NCBI GenBank assembly: GCA_021815315.1
Contig: JAKAHB010000002.1
Span: 6,427-70,426 of the forward strand
Direction of reading: 5' to 3'
DNA length: 64,000 bases
From: a bacterium
GTDB taxonomy: Bacteria > Patescibacteriota > Minisyncoccia > Portnoybacterales > JAKAHB01
The translations under genes were made by a program, and so were the position numbers. Below are positions 25,862 through 35,220 of the stretch, in pieces. The notes beneath the pieces were generated by a model, which saw nothing but the letters and a program-made list of their open reading frames with translations, was not told the DNA's origin and ran no database searches. The first letter of the stretch is position 1, and the number at the start of each line of letters is the position of its first letter.

Positions 25862-28340
25862 CTAAACAAGAATATTCACAGCTCTGCCCTTGATATAGAT
25901 GAATTTTTGGGGTTCTTGGCCGGCCAGCCATTTTTTAACTTTTATTTTGGCCAAAGCAAGTTTTTTTATTTCTTCTTCGGCAATTTCCGGCGCCACTTTC
26001 AGGGTATCGCGCAACTTACCATTAATCATAATCGGTATCTCAAGCTCTTCATCGGCGACCAAGGCTTGGTCATAGCGCGGCCACTCTTCCTCAAAAATGC
26101 TTTCTTGGTGCCCCGGTTTTTCCCAAAGTTCTTCGGCCAAGTGCGGAGCAAAAGGAGCCAAAAGTTTGACCAGGGACTCATATAAATTATTTGAGATTTT
26201 TTCAGCTTGGCCTAACTCGTTAACCAAAATCATCAAAGAGCTCACGGCCGTATTCAGCTTGAAATCAGCAATGTCCTGGCCAACCTTTTTTATCGTTTTT
26301 TGACCCAACGCCAGAAGAGCTCGGCTGTCCCGGTAGTCGCTGGCTACTTTTTCATTTAACCGCCAAAGTTTATCCAGAAATTTTCTGGCTCCAATTAAAC
26401 CATTGGTATTCCAAGCCACCGCCTGTGAAAAAGGCCCCATGAACATTTCGTAAATCCTCAAAGCATCCGCTCCGTACTTATCAATAATTTCGTCGGGATT
26501 GATGACATTACCCCAACGCTTACTCATTTTTCTTCCGTCTTCGGCCAAAATCAAACCCACGTGCTGGAGACGAGTAAACGGTTCTTTGTGATTAACCGCT
26601 CCAAGATCATAAAGAAATTTGTGCCAAAAGCGGGCATAGATCAAGTGCCGAGTCGCATGTTCGGCTCCACCCACGTAAAAATCGACTGGCGACCAATATT
26701 TATCCTTTTCTTCGCCCACTAGAGACTGCTCGTTGTTTGGGTCAATAAAACGCAAATAATACCAACTGGACCCGGCCCATTGGGGCATGGTGTTGGTTTC
26801 CCTTTTGGCCGCCGCGCCGCAAACAGGGCAGGGAACATTAACCCATTCCGCAATGCCAGCCAGCGGCGATTCGCCGGTGCCGGTCGGTTCGTATTTCTCC
26901 ACTTCTGGCAGAAGCACTGGCAAATCTTTTTCGGGCACCGGCACTGTCCCGCATTTTTCACAATGAATAATCGGGATTGGTTCGCCCCAATAGCGCTGGC
27001 GGGAAAAAACCCAATCTTGCAATTTATAATTTATTTTTTTTCCGCCCAATTTTTCTTTATCCAGCCATTCAACTAATTTTTCTTTGGCCTGTTCCGAGGT
27101 TAAATTGTCATATTCTCCGGAGTTAACCAGCCCGCCATAATCCACATAGCAAACCTGTCCGGCTTTTATCTGCTCGTAAATTTTTTTTGCCTGGTCGTCT
27201 TGCTCTCCCAAAAAACCGTCTTTTTGCCAAGGAACGATAACGCATTTTATGGGTAGATTATATTTTTTGGCAAATTCAAAATCGCGTTGATCATGCGCCG
27301 GCACGGCCATCACCGCGCCGGTGCCATAATGCGCCAAGACGTAGTCGGCCACAAAAAGCGGCAGTTCTTCTTGATTAAACGGATTAATAACTTTTACGCC
27401 CTCTAGTTCCACGCCGGTTTTTTCTTTGGCTTCCATCCGGTCCAGGTCGGTTTTTTTCTTTGATTCTTCAACATATCTTTCTACCTCTTCCCGGTTTTTG
27501 CATTCTCTCTCCAAGCTCCAAGAGCAAGGGATGTTCCGGGGCGACAACACAATAAGTACAGCCGTAGATCGTATCAAGCCTAGTGGTGAATACTTCCAAA
27601 TATTTTTGGTCGTTTGGATTTTTTGAATCAGAAATTGGAAATTTTATCGTTGCCCCTTCCGATTTGCCAATCCAGTTTTTTTGCATTTCCTTTATTGATT
27701 CTTCCCAATCTGGCAATTCTTGCAGATCTGCCAACAATCTGTCGGCGTAATCGGTAATCTTCAGTACCCACTGCCGCATCGGCTTGCGTTCAATTTCGCT
27801 ACCACATCTTTCGCACTTGCCGCCCTCCAAATCTTCATTGGCCAAGCCTGTTTTGCAACTCGGACACCAATTTATCGGCTCCTTTGATTGATAAGCCAAA
27901 CCCTGCTTAAAAAGCTGCAGAAAAATCCACTGCGTCCACCGATAAAAACGGGGCTCGGAAGTGTTTATTTCCCGATCCCAGTCATAAGTAAATCCAAACT
28001 TTTCCAGTTGCGACTTGAAAGCGGCTATATTTTGTTCAACCGCAATTCTTGGGTGGATTTTATTTTTGATGGCGTAATTTTCGGCCGGCAAACCAAAAGC
28101 GTCCCAACCCATGGGGTGAAGAACGTTAAAACCCTGCATCATTTTCATCCGGGCAAAAACGTCGGTAGCGATATAACCCTTGGGATGGCCCACGTGCAAA
28201 CCGGCTCCGGAAGGATAAGGAAACATGTCCAAAACATAGTATTTGGGCTTTTCTTGGCTTTCCGTTGCCCGATAGATGTTTGTTTCCGCCCATTTTTTTT
28301 GCCACTTTTTTTCAATTTCTCCGTGATTATATTTTTCCAT
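25862..28340 (-). CDS. leuS: leucyl-tRNA synthetase, reading frame interrupted (apparent +/-1 frameshift near 27500-27515)
   Basis: An N-terminal ORF (27468-28340; HVGHPKGY... ending [15 protein letters not shown]) and a C-terminal ORF (25862-27577; ...[17 protein letters not shown]..., KMSKRWGN) together make a roughly 820-aa LeuRS. The frames switch within a GAGAGAGA run. Confidence 0.85.
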
Positions 28341-28441
28341 AGTGATTTTTGGGCTTTAAAAAGAAAAACCAGCGCTTATCACGTCGACAGACAAGGCAAA
28401 ACGCTATACCTAATCTAGCCTATTTTTGGTTTTTTTTCAAA

Positions 28442-28700
28442 TAAAAAAGGGGCCCCGGGGGGCCCGCCAGTTCAGCGCCTATAGCTCTCGTTGCACCTGT
28501 CCGCCTCTTCGGGCGTCGTTACCCGATAGTGGCCCCGGGGCTGCAAACTGCAGTCCAGATACCACCGACCTCAGGTCATGCCAAAGTGGAGCGTTCCTTT
28601 GCATCCCGCCTCGGGACACGGGTCGCCTTCTTTGGCGGCTTTCCACTGGGGTGAATCCTTGCTCGGCATACACCTTCCTCCGTAAAAGTTAACTTTCCCC
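28442..28700 (-). other. GC-rich structured transcript with a short ORF, immediately upstream of leuS (function unknown)
   Basis: Bounded by a promoter at 28701-28729 and the terminator GGGCCCCCCGGGGCCCC-U6 (28442-28468). It contains SD GGAGGAAGG and then either an ATG 31-aa ORF (MPSKDSPQWKAAKEGDPCPEAGCKGTLHFGMT) or a GTG 64-aa ORF. About 65% GC with many hairpins. I did not find T-box, RNase P or SRP signatures. Confidence 0.3.
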
Positions 28701-28729
28701 AGACTACCATTTTAATTTTGGATGTCAAG
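28701..28729 (-). promoter_or_regulatory. sigma-70-like promoter TTGACA-17-TAGTCT
   Basis: Minus-strand reading gives TTGACAtccaaaattaaaatggtTAGTCT. Confidence 0.45.
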
Positions 28730-28764
28730 CCATTCCTCTTTCATTTTTCCCTGCTTGTGCTAGA

Positions 28765-29602
28765 ATTAGGCTTAATGAAAAAATTGGTTCTTCAATCATT
28801 GTTGGTTTCGGCCGTCGTCTCGGGGCTTTTTTTGTTTCCCGCCAAATTGGTTTTAGCCCAAGCTCAAAAAAATTGTGATACTCCCACCTGCGACAAAATT
28901 ATTGAGTTTCCCGACGCTTGGAAAAATAATTTAACTTTGGTGGGCGTGGCCGGGGGCGCCTTGGTGGACGCCATCAACCCTTGCGCTTTTGCCGTCTTTA
29001 TCCTGCTTTTTGCCAATCTCTTAACGGCCGAGGGGAAAAAGAGGGCTCTTTTTGGCGGCCTGGCTTTCAGTTTAGCGGTTTTTTTGACCTACATCGCCAT
29101 GGGTTTTGGCTTACTGCAAATCTTGGAAAGATTTCATATTTCTCTGGCGGTTCTTCGCTTTGTGGGCATTTTTTCCATTATTTTTGGTTTGCTTAATATT
29201 AAAGATTACATCGGCTATGGCGCTTGGGGCTTTGTGATGGAAGTGCCCCAAAAATGGCGCCCCAAGATGAAGTCGGTCATTCGCGGCGCTACCACCGTTT
29301 GGGGGGCTTTTATCGCCGGGCTGATTGTCAGTTTGTTTTTATTACCCTGCACTTCCGGACCTTACGTGGTTATTTTAAGCTTACTGGCCAAACAAAGCTC
29401 CTACCTAATAAAAACTGGCTATATTCTTTTTTACAATGTCGTTTTTTCTTTACCGTTTGTGCTGATTACTTTCGCTATGTATTTTGGCTTTTCGGCTATC
29501 CGAGCCGAAGATTTGCGTAAAAAGAAAATCCGCCTACTTCATCTTATCGCCGGCATAATTATGGTCCTGCTGGGAATCGCCATCTTGACCGGCTGGCTGT
29601 AA
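28765..29602 (+). CDS. ccdA: cytochrome c-type biogenesis / thiol:disulfide interchange membrane protein (CcdA/DsbD family)
   Basis: Multi-TM protein with the conserved DAINPCAF motif and a second Cys in LLPCTSGP. Start taken at ATG 28765. Confidence 0.75.
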
Positions 29603-29628
29603 TCTCCCCGTTTGACAACAACGAAATG

Positions 29629-29671
29629 AAAATCCCCCGTTCCCGCGTTACGCGGAGACGGGGGATTTTTT
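29629..29671 (+). terminator. intrinsic terminator after ccdA
   Basis: atcccccgt...acgggggat hairpin followed by a T6 run. Confidence 0.75.
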
Positions 29672-29685
29672 ATTGGTTTACTTCT

Positions 29686-30162
29686 TTAAGACTTTTTTAG
29701 CGATTTTTTTAATTTTAACCTCAAGAGCAAACCTAGTCTGTCAATCATCATCTTGCCATCCAGGTGGTCAATCTCGTGTTGAAAAACCCGGGCCGGCAAA
29801 CCGCTAGCCTTAATTTGGCATTTCTTTCCTTGGCGATCTAAAAACTCAATTTCTATTTTATCAGGCCTTTCCAAAAAAATAAAAACGCCGGGCAGACTCA
29901 AACAACCCTCTTCCATTTCCACTTTTTTGCGACTTTTTTTGGTGATTTTGGGATTGAACAGGACGCGCAAGTCGCCGTCAACTTCAGCCACGAAAAATCT
30001 TTTCTTTACGCCAACCTGGGGAGCGGCCAGTCCCGCGCCCTTGTTTGCTCTCATTGTTTTTATCATTTCCTCAACCAACCCATCCAAAGTCAAAAGTTCC
30101 TCTTTGGCAACAGGAACACATTTCTGCTTTAAAATTTTATCACCATATCTCTTGATTATCAT
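29686..30162 (-). CDS. def: peptide deformylase
   Basis: Carries the GLAAPQVG, EGCLSLPG and QHEIDHLDG motifs. Start taken at ATG 30160-30162. Confidence 0.9.
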   Translation of the reverse strand: MIIKRYGDKILKQKCVPVAKEELLTLDGLVEEMIKTMRANKGAGLAAPQVGVKKRFFVAEVDGDLRVLFNPKITKKSRKKVEMEEGCLSLPGVFIFLERPDKIEIEFLDRQGKKCQIKASGLPARVFQHEIDHLDGKMMIDRLGLLLRLKLKKSLKKS

Positions 30163-30239
30163 GCGAAATCTAACTAATGCTAAAAATGCGAAATGCAAAA
30201 AATAAAAATTTTGCGAAATCTAACTAATGCTAAATACAA
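30161..30239. repeat. tandem pair of about 30-bp repeats (left inverted-repeat arm) flanking the GxxExxY gene
   Basis: tgcgaaatctaactaatgctaaa occurs twice (30161-30183 and 30210-30232). It is the inverse complement of the repeats at 30661-30744. Confidence 0.6.
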
Positions 30240-30242
30240 AAC

Positions 30243-30641
30243 CTACTCTTTAGCGGCGGAATTCAAAATTCTCTTTGGCTGTACAAATTTCTGATGAAAA
30301 TTAACAATAATTCCTAACTTTTTGTTAAGACAAACTAAATAACGTTTAATCTGATAATAATCGCTCCTTGCCAAAAATCTTTTTGTTTTTACTTCCAAGA
30401 CAATTTTATCCTCAATTAAAAAATCTACTCTATTTCTATTTTTTTCTCCTTCAAAAGAAGGGGGCAAGATTTTTTCTCTTTCATAGATAACTTTGGCGTT
30501 TTTCAGTTTTTGCTCAATACAATCGCAATATTGCTTTTCGTTCAAATAGTCACCCAGCTCCATTTTAGCCTGAAACAAAATGCCGTTTATTTGATAAGAA
30601 AGTGCTGGATATATAACTTTAGTAAAATTACTACCCTCCAT
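30243..30641 (-). CDS. GxxExxY family protein (PD-(D/E)XK nuclease-like)
   Basis: 132 aa with the NGILFQAKMELGDYLNEKQY...VDFLIEDKIVLEVK...GIIVNF pattern typical of the GxxExxY family. Confidence 0.7.
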   Translation of the reverse strand: MEGSNFTKVIYPALSYQINGILFQAKMELGDYLNEKQYCDCIEQKLKNAKVIYEREKILPPSFEGEKNRNRVDFLIEDKIVLEVKTKRFLARSDYYQIKRYLVCLNKKLGIIVNFHQKFVQPKRILNSAAKE

Positions 30642-30660
30642 AAATTATTCTTTCATTTTA

Positions 30661-30744
30661 TTTTTGCATTTTTAGCATTATCACAAAGGTTTCGCCAAAT
30701 TATTATTTTATTTTCGCATTTTTAGCATTATTACAAAGGTTTCG
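30661..30744. repeat. tandem pair of about 35-bp repeats (right inverted-repeat arm)
   Basis: tttgcatttttagcattatcacaaaggtttcgc and tttcgcatttttagcattattacaaaggtttcgc. Both share aatgctaaaaatgcgaaa with the left arm in inverted orientation. Confidence 0.6.
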
Positions 30745-30746
30745 CT

Positions 30747-31568
30747 TTAGATGTTAAACAATTCTCTCGCGTTCTCAAACGTAGCTTCCGAAATCTTTTC
30801 AACCGGCAAATTTTTTATCTCCGCCAATTTTTCCACCACATATTTTACATACAAAGGCTCGTTTCTTTTACCACGAAATGGTACTGGCGTCAAATAGGGG
30901 CAGTCTGTTTCGGTCAACAGATTACCAAGGTCAACATTGCTTATAACTTTATCATAATCGCGAGCAAAAGTGATAATCCCGTTAAAGCCCAGGTAAAAAC
31001 CCAGCTTCACATACCTCTCGGCTTGAGCCAGCCGACCGGAGAAAGAATGGACCACGCCTCTTAGTCTGTTCCCGTATTCCTTTTGTTTTTCTTCTAAAAT
31101 TTCCAGCACGTCATTATGCGCGTCGCGACAGTGAACAATTATCGGTTTTTGATGTTCCGCCGCGAGGTTTATCTGCTCCAAAAACAATTTTTTCTGTTGT
31201 TCTTTGTTGCTGATGTTGTGATAATAATCCAAGCCAATTTCTCCCACGGCAACCGTTTTGGGATGCGAAATCAACGCCTCATATTTTTCTCGGCTAAATT
31301 CCTCTTCTCTGGTTTCAAATTCAACTTCTTCGTTTTTATCAACGCTCGTTTGGAACTTTTCCGAGCCCAGATGGATCGGGTGCATCCCGATAGCTGCATA
31401 GACTCCCCGTTCGCGTTGTTGGGCGATCTTGACCGCCCGCGCGCTGGTTGAATATTGCGAGCCAACATTAACCAGCCAAACATTATCGGCCAGGGCTCTT
31501 TTTATTACTTCTTCGCCATCATTTTTGAAGGCGTTGAAATTAACATGGGCGTGAGTGTCAATTAGCAT
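30747..31568 (-). CDS. tatD: TatD family metal-dependent DNase/hydrolase
   Basis: Starts MLIDTHAHVNF, with the HPIH and GEIGLDY TatD motifs. Confidence 0.9.
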   Translation of the reverse strand: MLIDTHAHVNFNAFKNDGEEVIKRALADNVWLVNVGSQYSTSARAVKIAQQRERGVYAAIGMHPIHLGSEKFQTSVDKNEEVEFETREEEFSREKYEALISHPKTVAVGEIGLDYYHNISNKEQQKKLFLEQINLAAEHQKPIIVHCRDAHNDVLEILEEKQKEYGNRLRGVVHSFSGRLAQAERYVKLGFYLGFNGIITFARDYDKVISNVDLGNLLTETDCPYLTPVPFRGKRNEPLYVKYVVEKLAEIKNLPVEKISEATFENARELFNI

Positions 31569-31596
31569 GGGCTAAAGTAAAAAGTTGGCGAAAAAT

Positions 31597-33012
31597 CTAT
31601 TTCACTCGCGGAAACAAAATTTCCGCTTTGTTTGTTCTCAAAATTTCGCTGATTTTTTTAGCGGTTTCTGGCATTACCGGCGTCAATAGAGCGGCTGTTT
31701 GGGACAGAAACCAGAGGATTTCTTTTAGAACATCTTTTGCTTTTGTTTTATTTTCTTTGGTCAGTTCCCAAAGCCTTTCTTCTTCAATCTTCTTGTTCGC
31801 CTGCCCTACTTTTTGCCAAATCTCCGCCAAAAAACTATCGGGGCTGTAATTAACCGTCAATTTGTCCAGGCCGCTTTGGCCGGCTTCACTACCCCCGATT
31901 TCCACTTTTAGACTCTCGTTCAGTTTGACAACTCGGCTGACTAAATTCCCCAGCCCGTTGGCCAAGTCGGCATTATATTTTTCAACTAATCTTTCCATCG
32001 TCATATCCACGTCCTCGCCAAAAGTCCCTGCCGACAGCAGCAGATAACGCGTGCCGTCAACTCCGAATTTTTCCAGCAGCTCGTCAACCAAAATAACATT
32101 GCCCAGCGTCTTGCTCATCTTTTTGCCACCGGAAAGAATGTGGCCGTGAACCACCAATTTTTTAGGGAGTTCCATTCCCAAATACATTAGCAATATCGGC
32201 CAAATAGTGGCGTGTACCCGCAAAATGTCTTTGCCAATCAGTTGAACGTCGGCCGGCCACATTTCCAGAACCTGCCCCGAGCCAGTTGAGGCGCCCCAGC
32301 CAAGCGTGGTCAGATAATTCAAGAAGGCGTCCACCCAAACGTAAGTCGTGTGTTTCTCATCAAAAGGCAACGGGATGCCCCAGGCCACATTTTTTCTAGA
32401 GATAGAAACATCTTCCAATTTTTGGCTTCTCAAGAAAGATAGAATTTCTTTTTCGTATCTTTCCGGTAGAATATGGAATTTTCTACTCTCTATTTTTTTA
32501 ATCAATTCCGCCTGCTTATCCGTCATTTTCAACAAATAACTTTCTTCTTCGACAACTTCCGGCTCCAGGCCGTGATCGGGGCACTTGCCCTCAACCAAAT
32601 CTTTTTCGTGCAAAAACTGCTCGCAACCGACGCAATACAGCCCCTTATAGGTTCCTTTGTAAATCGCTCCTTGGTCAAACAAAATTTGTAGCGCGTCTTG
32701 TACCGCCTTAACGTGTCTTGGCGAAGTAGTGCGAACAAACGAATTATATTCTATGCCCAATTTGTCCCAAAGCTCTTTAAATTGGCCGGCTATTTCATCA
32801 GCAAACTCTTGCGGCCCTTTTCCGGCTTCTTGCGCTTTTTGCTGGATTTTTAAACCGTGCTCGTCCGTCCCCACTGACAAAAAAACCTCCTTGCCCCGCA
32901 ACTTATGCGCGCGCGCTAAAACATCCGCCACCACGGTGGTGTAGGCGTGGCCCAAATGCGGACTGCCGTTGACGTAATAGATGGGAGTAGTGATATAAAA
33001 TTTGTTGTCCAT
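31597..33012 (-). CDS. metG: methionyl-tRNA synthetase
   Basis: HIGH-type PHLGHAYTTV, KMSKTLGN, and zinc-knuckle cysteines. Confidence 0.95.
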   Translation of the reverse strand: MDNKFYITTPIYYVNGSPHLGHAYTTVVADVLARAHKLRGKEVFLSVGTDEHGLKIQQKAQEAGKGPQEFADEIAGQFKELWDKLGIEYNSFVRTTSPRHVKAVQDALQILFDQGAIYKGTYKGLYCVGCEQFLHEKDLVEGKCPDHGLEPEVVEEESYLLKMTDKQAELIKKIESRKFHILPERYEKEILSFLRSQKLEDVSISRKNVAWGIPLPFDEKHTTYVWVDAFLNYLTTLGWGASTGSGQVLEMWPADVQLIGKDILRVHATIWPILLMYLGMELPKKLVVHGHILSGGKKMSKTLGNVILVDELLEKFGVDGTRYLLLSAGTFGEDVDMTMERLVEKYNADLANGLGNLVSRVVKLNESLKVEIGGSEAGQSGLDKLTVNYSPDSFLAEIWQKVGQANKKIEEERLWELTKENKTKAKDVLKEILWFLSQTAALLTPVMPETAKKISEILRTNKAEILFPRVK

Positions 33013-33013
33013 A

Positions 33014-33706
33014 TTATTTTTTGATCAAAATCGCAAACTCGCCTTTCAGATTATTGGCGTCTTTTCCCAAAATTTCTTTTACTTCCCCGGAGGTTCCCCG
33101 ATAAATCGTTTCAAACATTTTTGTCAGTTCTCTGCCAACCACCAAGTTCGCTTCGGGCGCCAGTTCCGCTAAAGATTCCAGAGCTTTTAAAATTCGGTGC
33201 GAAGATTCATAAATTATCACCGGATATTTTGTTTGCGTTATTTCCTCAAAAAATTTATTGCGCCGCTTTTTGTGGGGTGGAAAACCCAAGAACAAGAACT
33301 TGCCGCCATATTCCCCCGCCACGCAAAGCAATGTCGCCAAGGCGCTCGGACCAGGAATGGGAGAAATCTTCACACCTTCTTTAACCGCCGCTTCCACCAA
33401 TTGCGAACCCGGGTCGGAAATCCCCGGCGTGCCGGCGTCCGTCACCAAAGCGCAAGTTTCTCCTCGCAAAATCCTGCCAATAATATAGTCTACTTTTTGC
33501 AGTTGACTGTGCTGGTGGAAGCTGACCATTTCCTTGGGAATTTTGAAAGCAAACAATATTTTTTTTGTAACTCGCGTATCTTCGCAAGCGATAAAATCGG
33601 CCTCGCCCAACGCGCTCAAGACTCGAGTTGAAACGTCATCCAAATTGCCGATAGGCGTGGCGACCACCAAAAGATTGCCCGAAATTTTGTTTTCCAGTGA
33701 CTTCAT
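33014..33706 (-). CDS. rsmI: 16S rRNA (cytidine1402-2'-O)-methyltransferase
   Basis: Tetrapyrrole-methylase fold (LLVVATPIGNLDDVSTRVL...FIACEDTRV). Confidence 0.9.
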   Translation of the reverse strand: MKSLENKISGNLLVVATPIGNLDDVSTRVLSALGEADFIACEDTRVTKKILFAFKIPKEMVSFHQHSQLQKVDYIIGRILRGETCALVTDAGTPGISDPGSQLVEAAVKEGVKISPIPGPSALATLLCVAGEYGGKFLFLGFPPHKKRRNKFFEEITQTKYPVIIYESSHRILKALESLAELAPEANLVVGRELTKMFETIYRGTSGEVKEILGKDANNLKGEFAILIKK

Positions 33707-33776
33707 TCTATAATAAGAAAAGCTCTTAATTTAATACTTTCAGCATAATACATTTAACCCAGTCAAGGCAAGAAAG

Positions 33777-34232
33777 ATGATTTTAACTCCTCATTTGCTT
33801 ATCGGCGCCGCTATCGGCTCCAGACTCCCAAGCTACGGAGGCGTTTTTGCTTTAAGCATTATTTTGCACTATCTTCTGGACGCCCTACCGCACCGCGAAT
33901 ATCAAATTGAAAATCTAAAAAACGGGCTGAACAAAAAATTCGTCATTGACGGCTTAAAAGTGGCTGTTGACTTTTTCTTCGGCTTGGGCCTGGTTATTTG
34001 GCTGACCCACAACCGGCCTGATTTTTCTTTTGTGATGACAGGGGCTTTGTCCGCCGCTTTGCCCGATTTTTTGATTTTTCTTTTTTGGCGCTTTGACGGA
34101 AAACTTCTCCGCGCGCTTGATAGATTCCATCATCAGGTCCATCGCCCTAAAAACAAAAAAACTCCCCTGTGGTTGGGAATTTTGACTCAAATAACCGCCG
34201 GGTTAATCGCTCTTTTTATTCTTTATCTCTAA
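33777..34232 (+). CDS. membrane-bound metal-dependent hydrolase-like protein (DUF457-like)
   Basis: 151 aa with 4 TM helices and conserved His/Asp (HYLLDALPH). Confidence 0.45.
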   Translation: MILTPHLLIGAAIGSRLPSYGGVFALSIILHYLLDALPHREYQIENLKNGLNKKFVIDGLKVAVDFFFGLGLVIWLTHNRPDFSFVMTGALSAALPDFLIFLFWRFDGKLLRALDRFHHQVHRPKNKKTPLWLGILTQITAGLIALFILYL

Positions 34233-35217
34233 ACAGGTCGCCAAAAAACACTCCCAGCGTGGCCGCGACCGGAACCGCGACTAGCATTCCTAAAACACCA
34301 TCCAGCTTGGCGCCAATCAGCAAGGCGACGATAACCACAATCGGATTAAGTCCGAGCGCTTTTTTCATTATCTGCGGAACCAAGATATAGTTTTCCAGTT
34401 GGTGAATGGCATAGTAAAGGATTGTCACAAACAAAGCCAACAGCGGCGCTTGCAAGAAAGCCAAGGCAATCGCCGGCACGGCCGAGATAATCGGACCAAT
34501 GAAAGGAACAACCTCCAGCAGCCCCGCCAATAACGCCAAAATCAAAGCGTATTTTACTTTAAGCAGGACCAAGCCGATGAAGGTAAAGGCCGCGATTGAA
34601 AACATTAAAAGCAACTCGCCTCGCAACCAGGCCCCAAGCTTGGTTTCAATTCGGCTGACCAGACTGTCAACATATTCGCGATGAGCGGCCGGAGTCACCG
34701 AAAACAAAAATTTCCTTGTTCCTTTTTCCTGCGCCGCCAAGTAAAGAGAAATGACCAAAACCATGATGGCGGAAAAAAGGCCGCCAAAAAAAGTAAACGT
34801 GGTCTGAAAAATATTTGAAGCCGCTCCGCTTAACTTGCTATTCAGGCCGTCAACAAAATTTGAAAAATAAACGCTATGATACTGCTGCAATGAACCTTGG
34901 CTAAAGCCAAATTTGTTTAAAATCTCGGGTAAACCCAACGCCAGAGTTTTAATCTGGACAGCCAGAGGCGGAATAATCAGATAAACAACCCCGACAAAAA
35001 CCGACAAAATGGCCACGTAAACAAACGCGACCGCCAAGACCCTGTTCACGCCTCTTTTTTGGATCCAGCTGATCGGCCCATTGACTCCGGCCGCGATAAT
35101 GACCGAGAAAAAAAGCAAAATCAAAACATCGCTGACCAGATATAAAAATATCAACCCCAAAACAATAATAACGAAACGAAACAAGGTGGAAGTGGAGATG
35201 TCAATTTTTCGCGTCAT
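34216..35217 (-). CDS. AI-2E family transporter (PerM/UPF0118)
   Basis: 333 aa with about 8 TM helices, of AI-2E-like overall topology. Confidence 0.7.
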   Translation of the reverse strand: MTRKIDISTSTLFRFVIIVLGLIFLYLVSDVLILLFFSVIIAAGVNGPISWIQKRGVNRVLAVAFVYVAILSVFVGVVYLIIPPLAVQIKTLALGLPEILNKFGFSQGSLQQYHSVYFSNFVDGLNSKLSGAASNIFQTTFTFFGGLFSAIMVLVISLYLAAQEKGTRKFLFSVTPAAHREYVDSLVSRIETKLGAWLRGELLLMFSIAAFTFIGLVLLKVKYALILALLAGLLEVVPFIGPIISAVPAIALAFLQAPLLALFVTILYYAIHQLENYILVPQIMKKALGLNPIVVIVALLIGAKLDGVLGMLVAVPVAATLGVFFGDLFRDKE

Positions 35218-35220
35218 AAA

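Noticed and set aside
28442-28700. Considered calling the GC-rich element upstream of leuS a T-box riboswitch, RNase P RNA or SRP RNA.
   Set aside because: The T-box antiterminator consensus (AGGGUGGNACCGCG) is absent next to the terminator. The RNase P P4 strands (AGGAAAGUCCGGGC / ACAGAANCCGGCUUA) and the SRP helix-8 GGAA-AGCAGC motif were not found. About 255 nt is too short for RNase P. Left as an unknown structured element with a small ORF.
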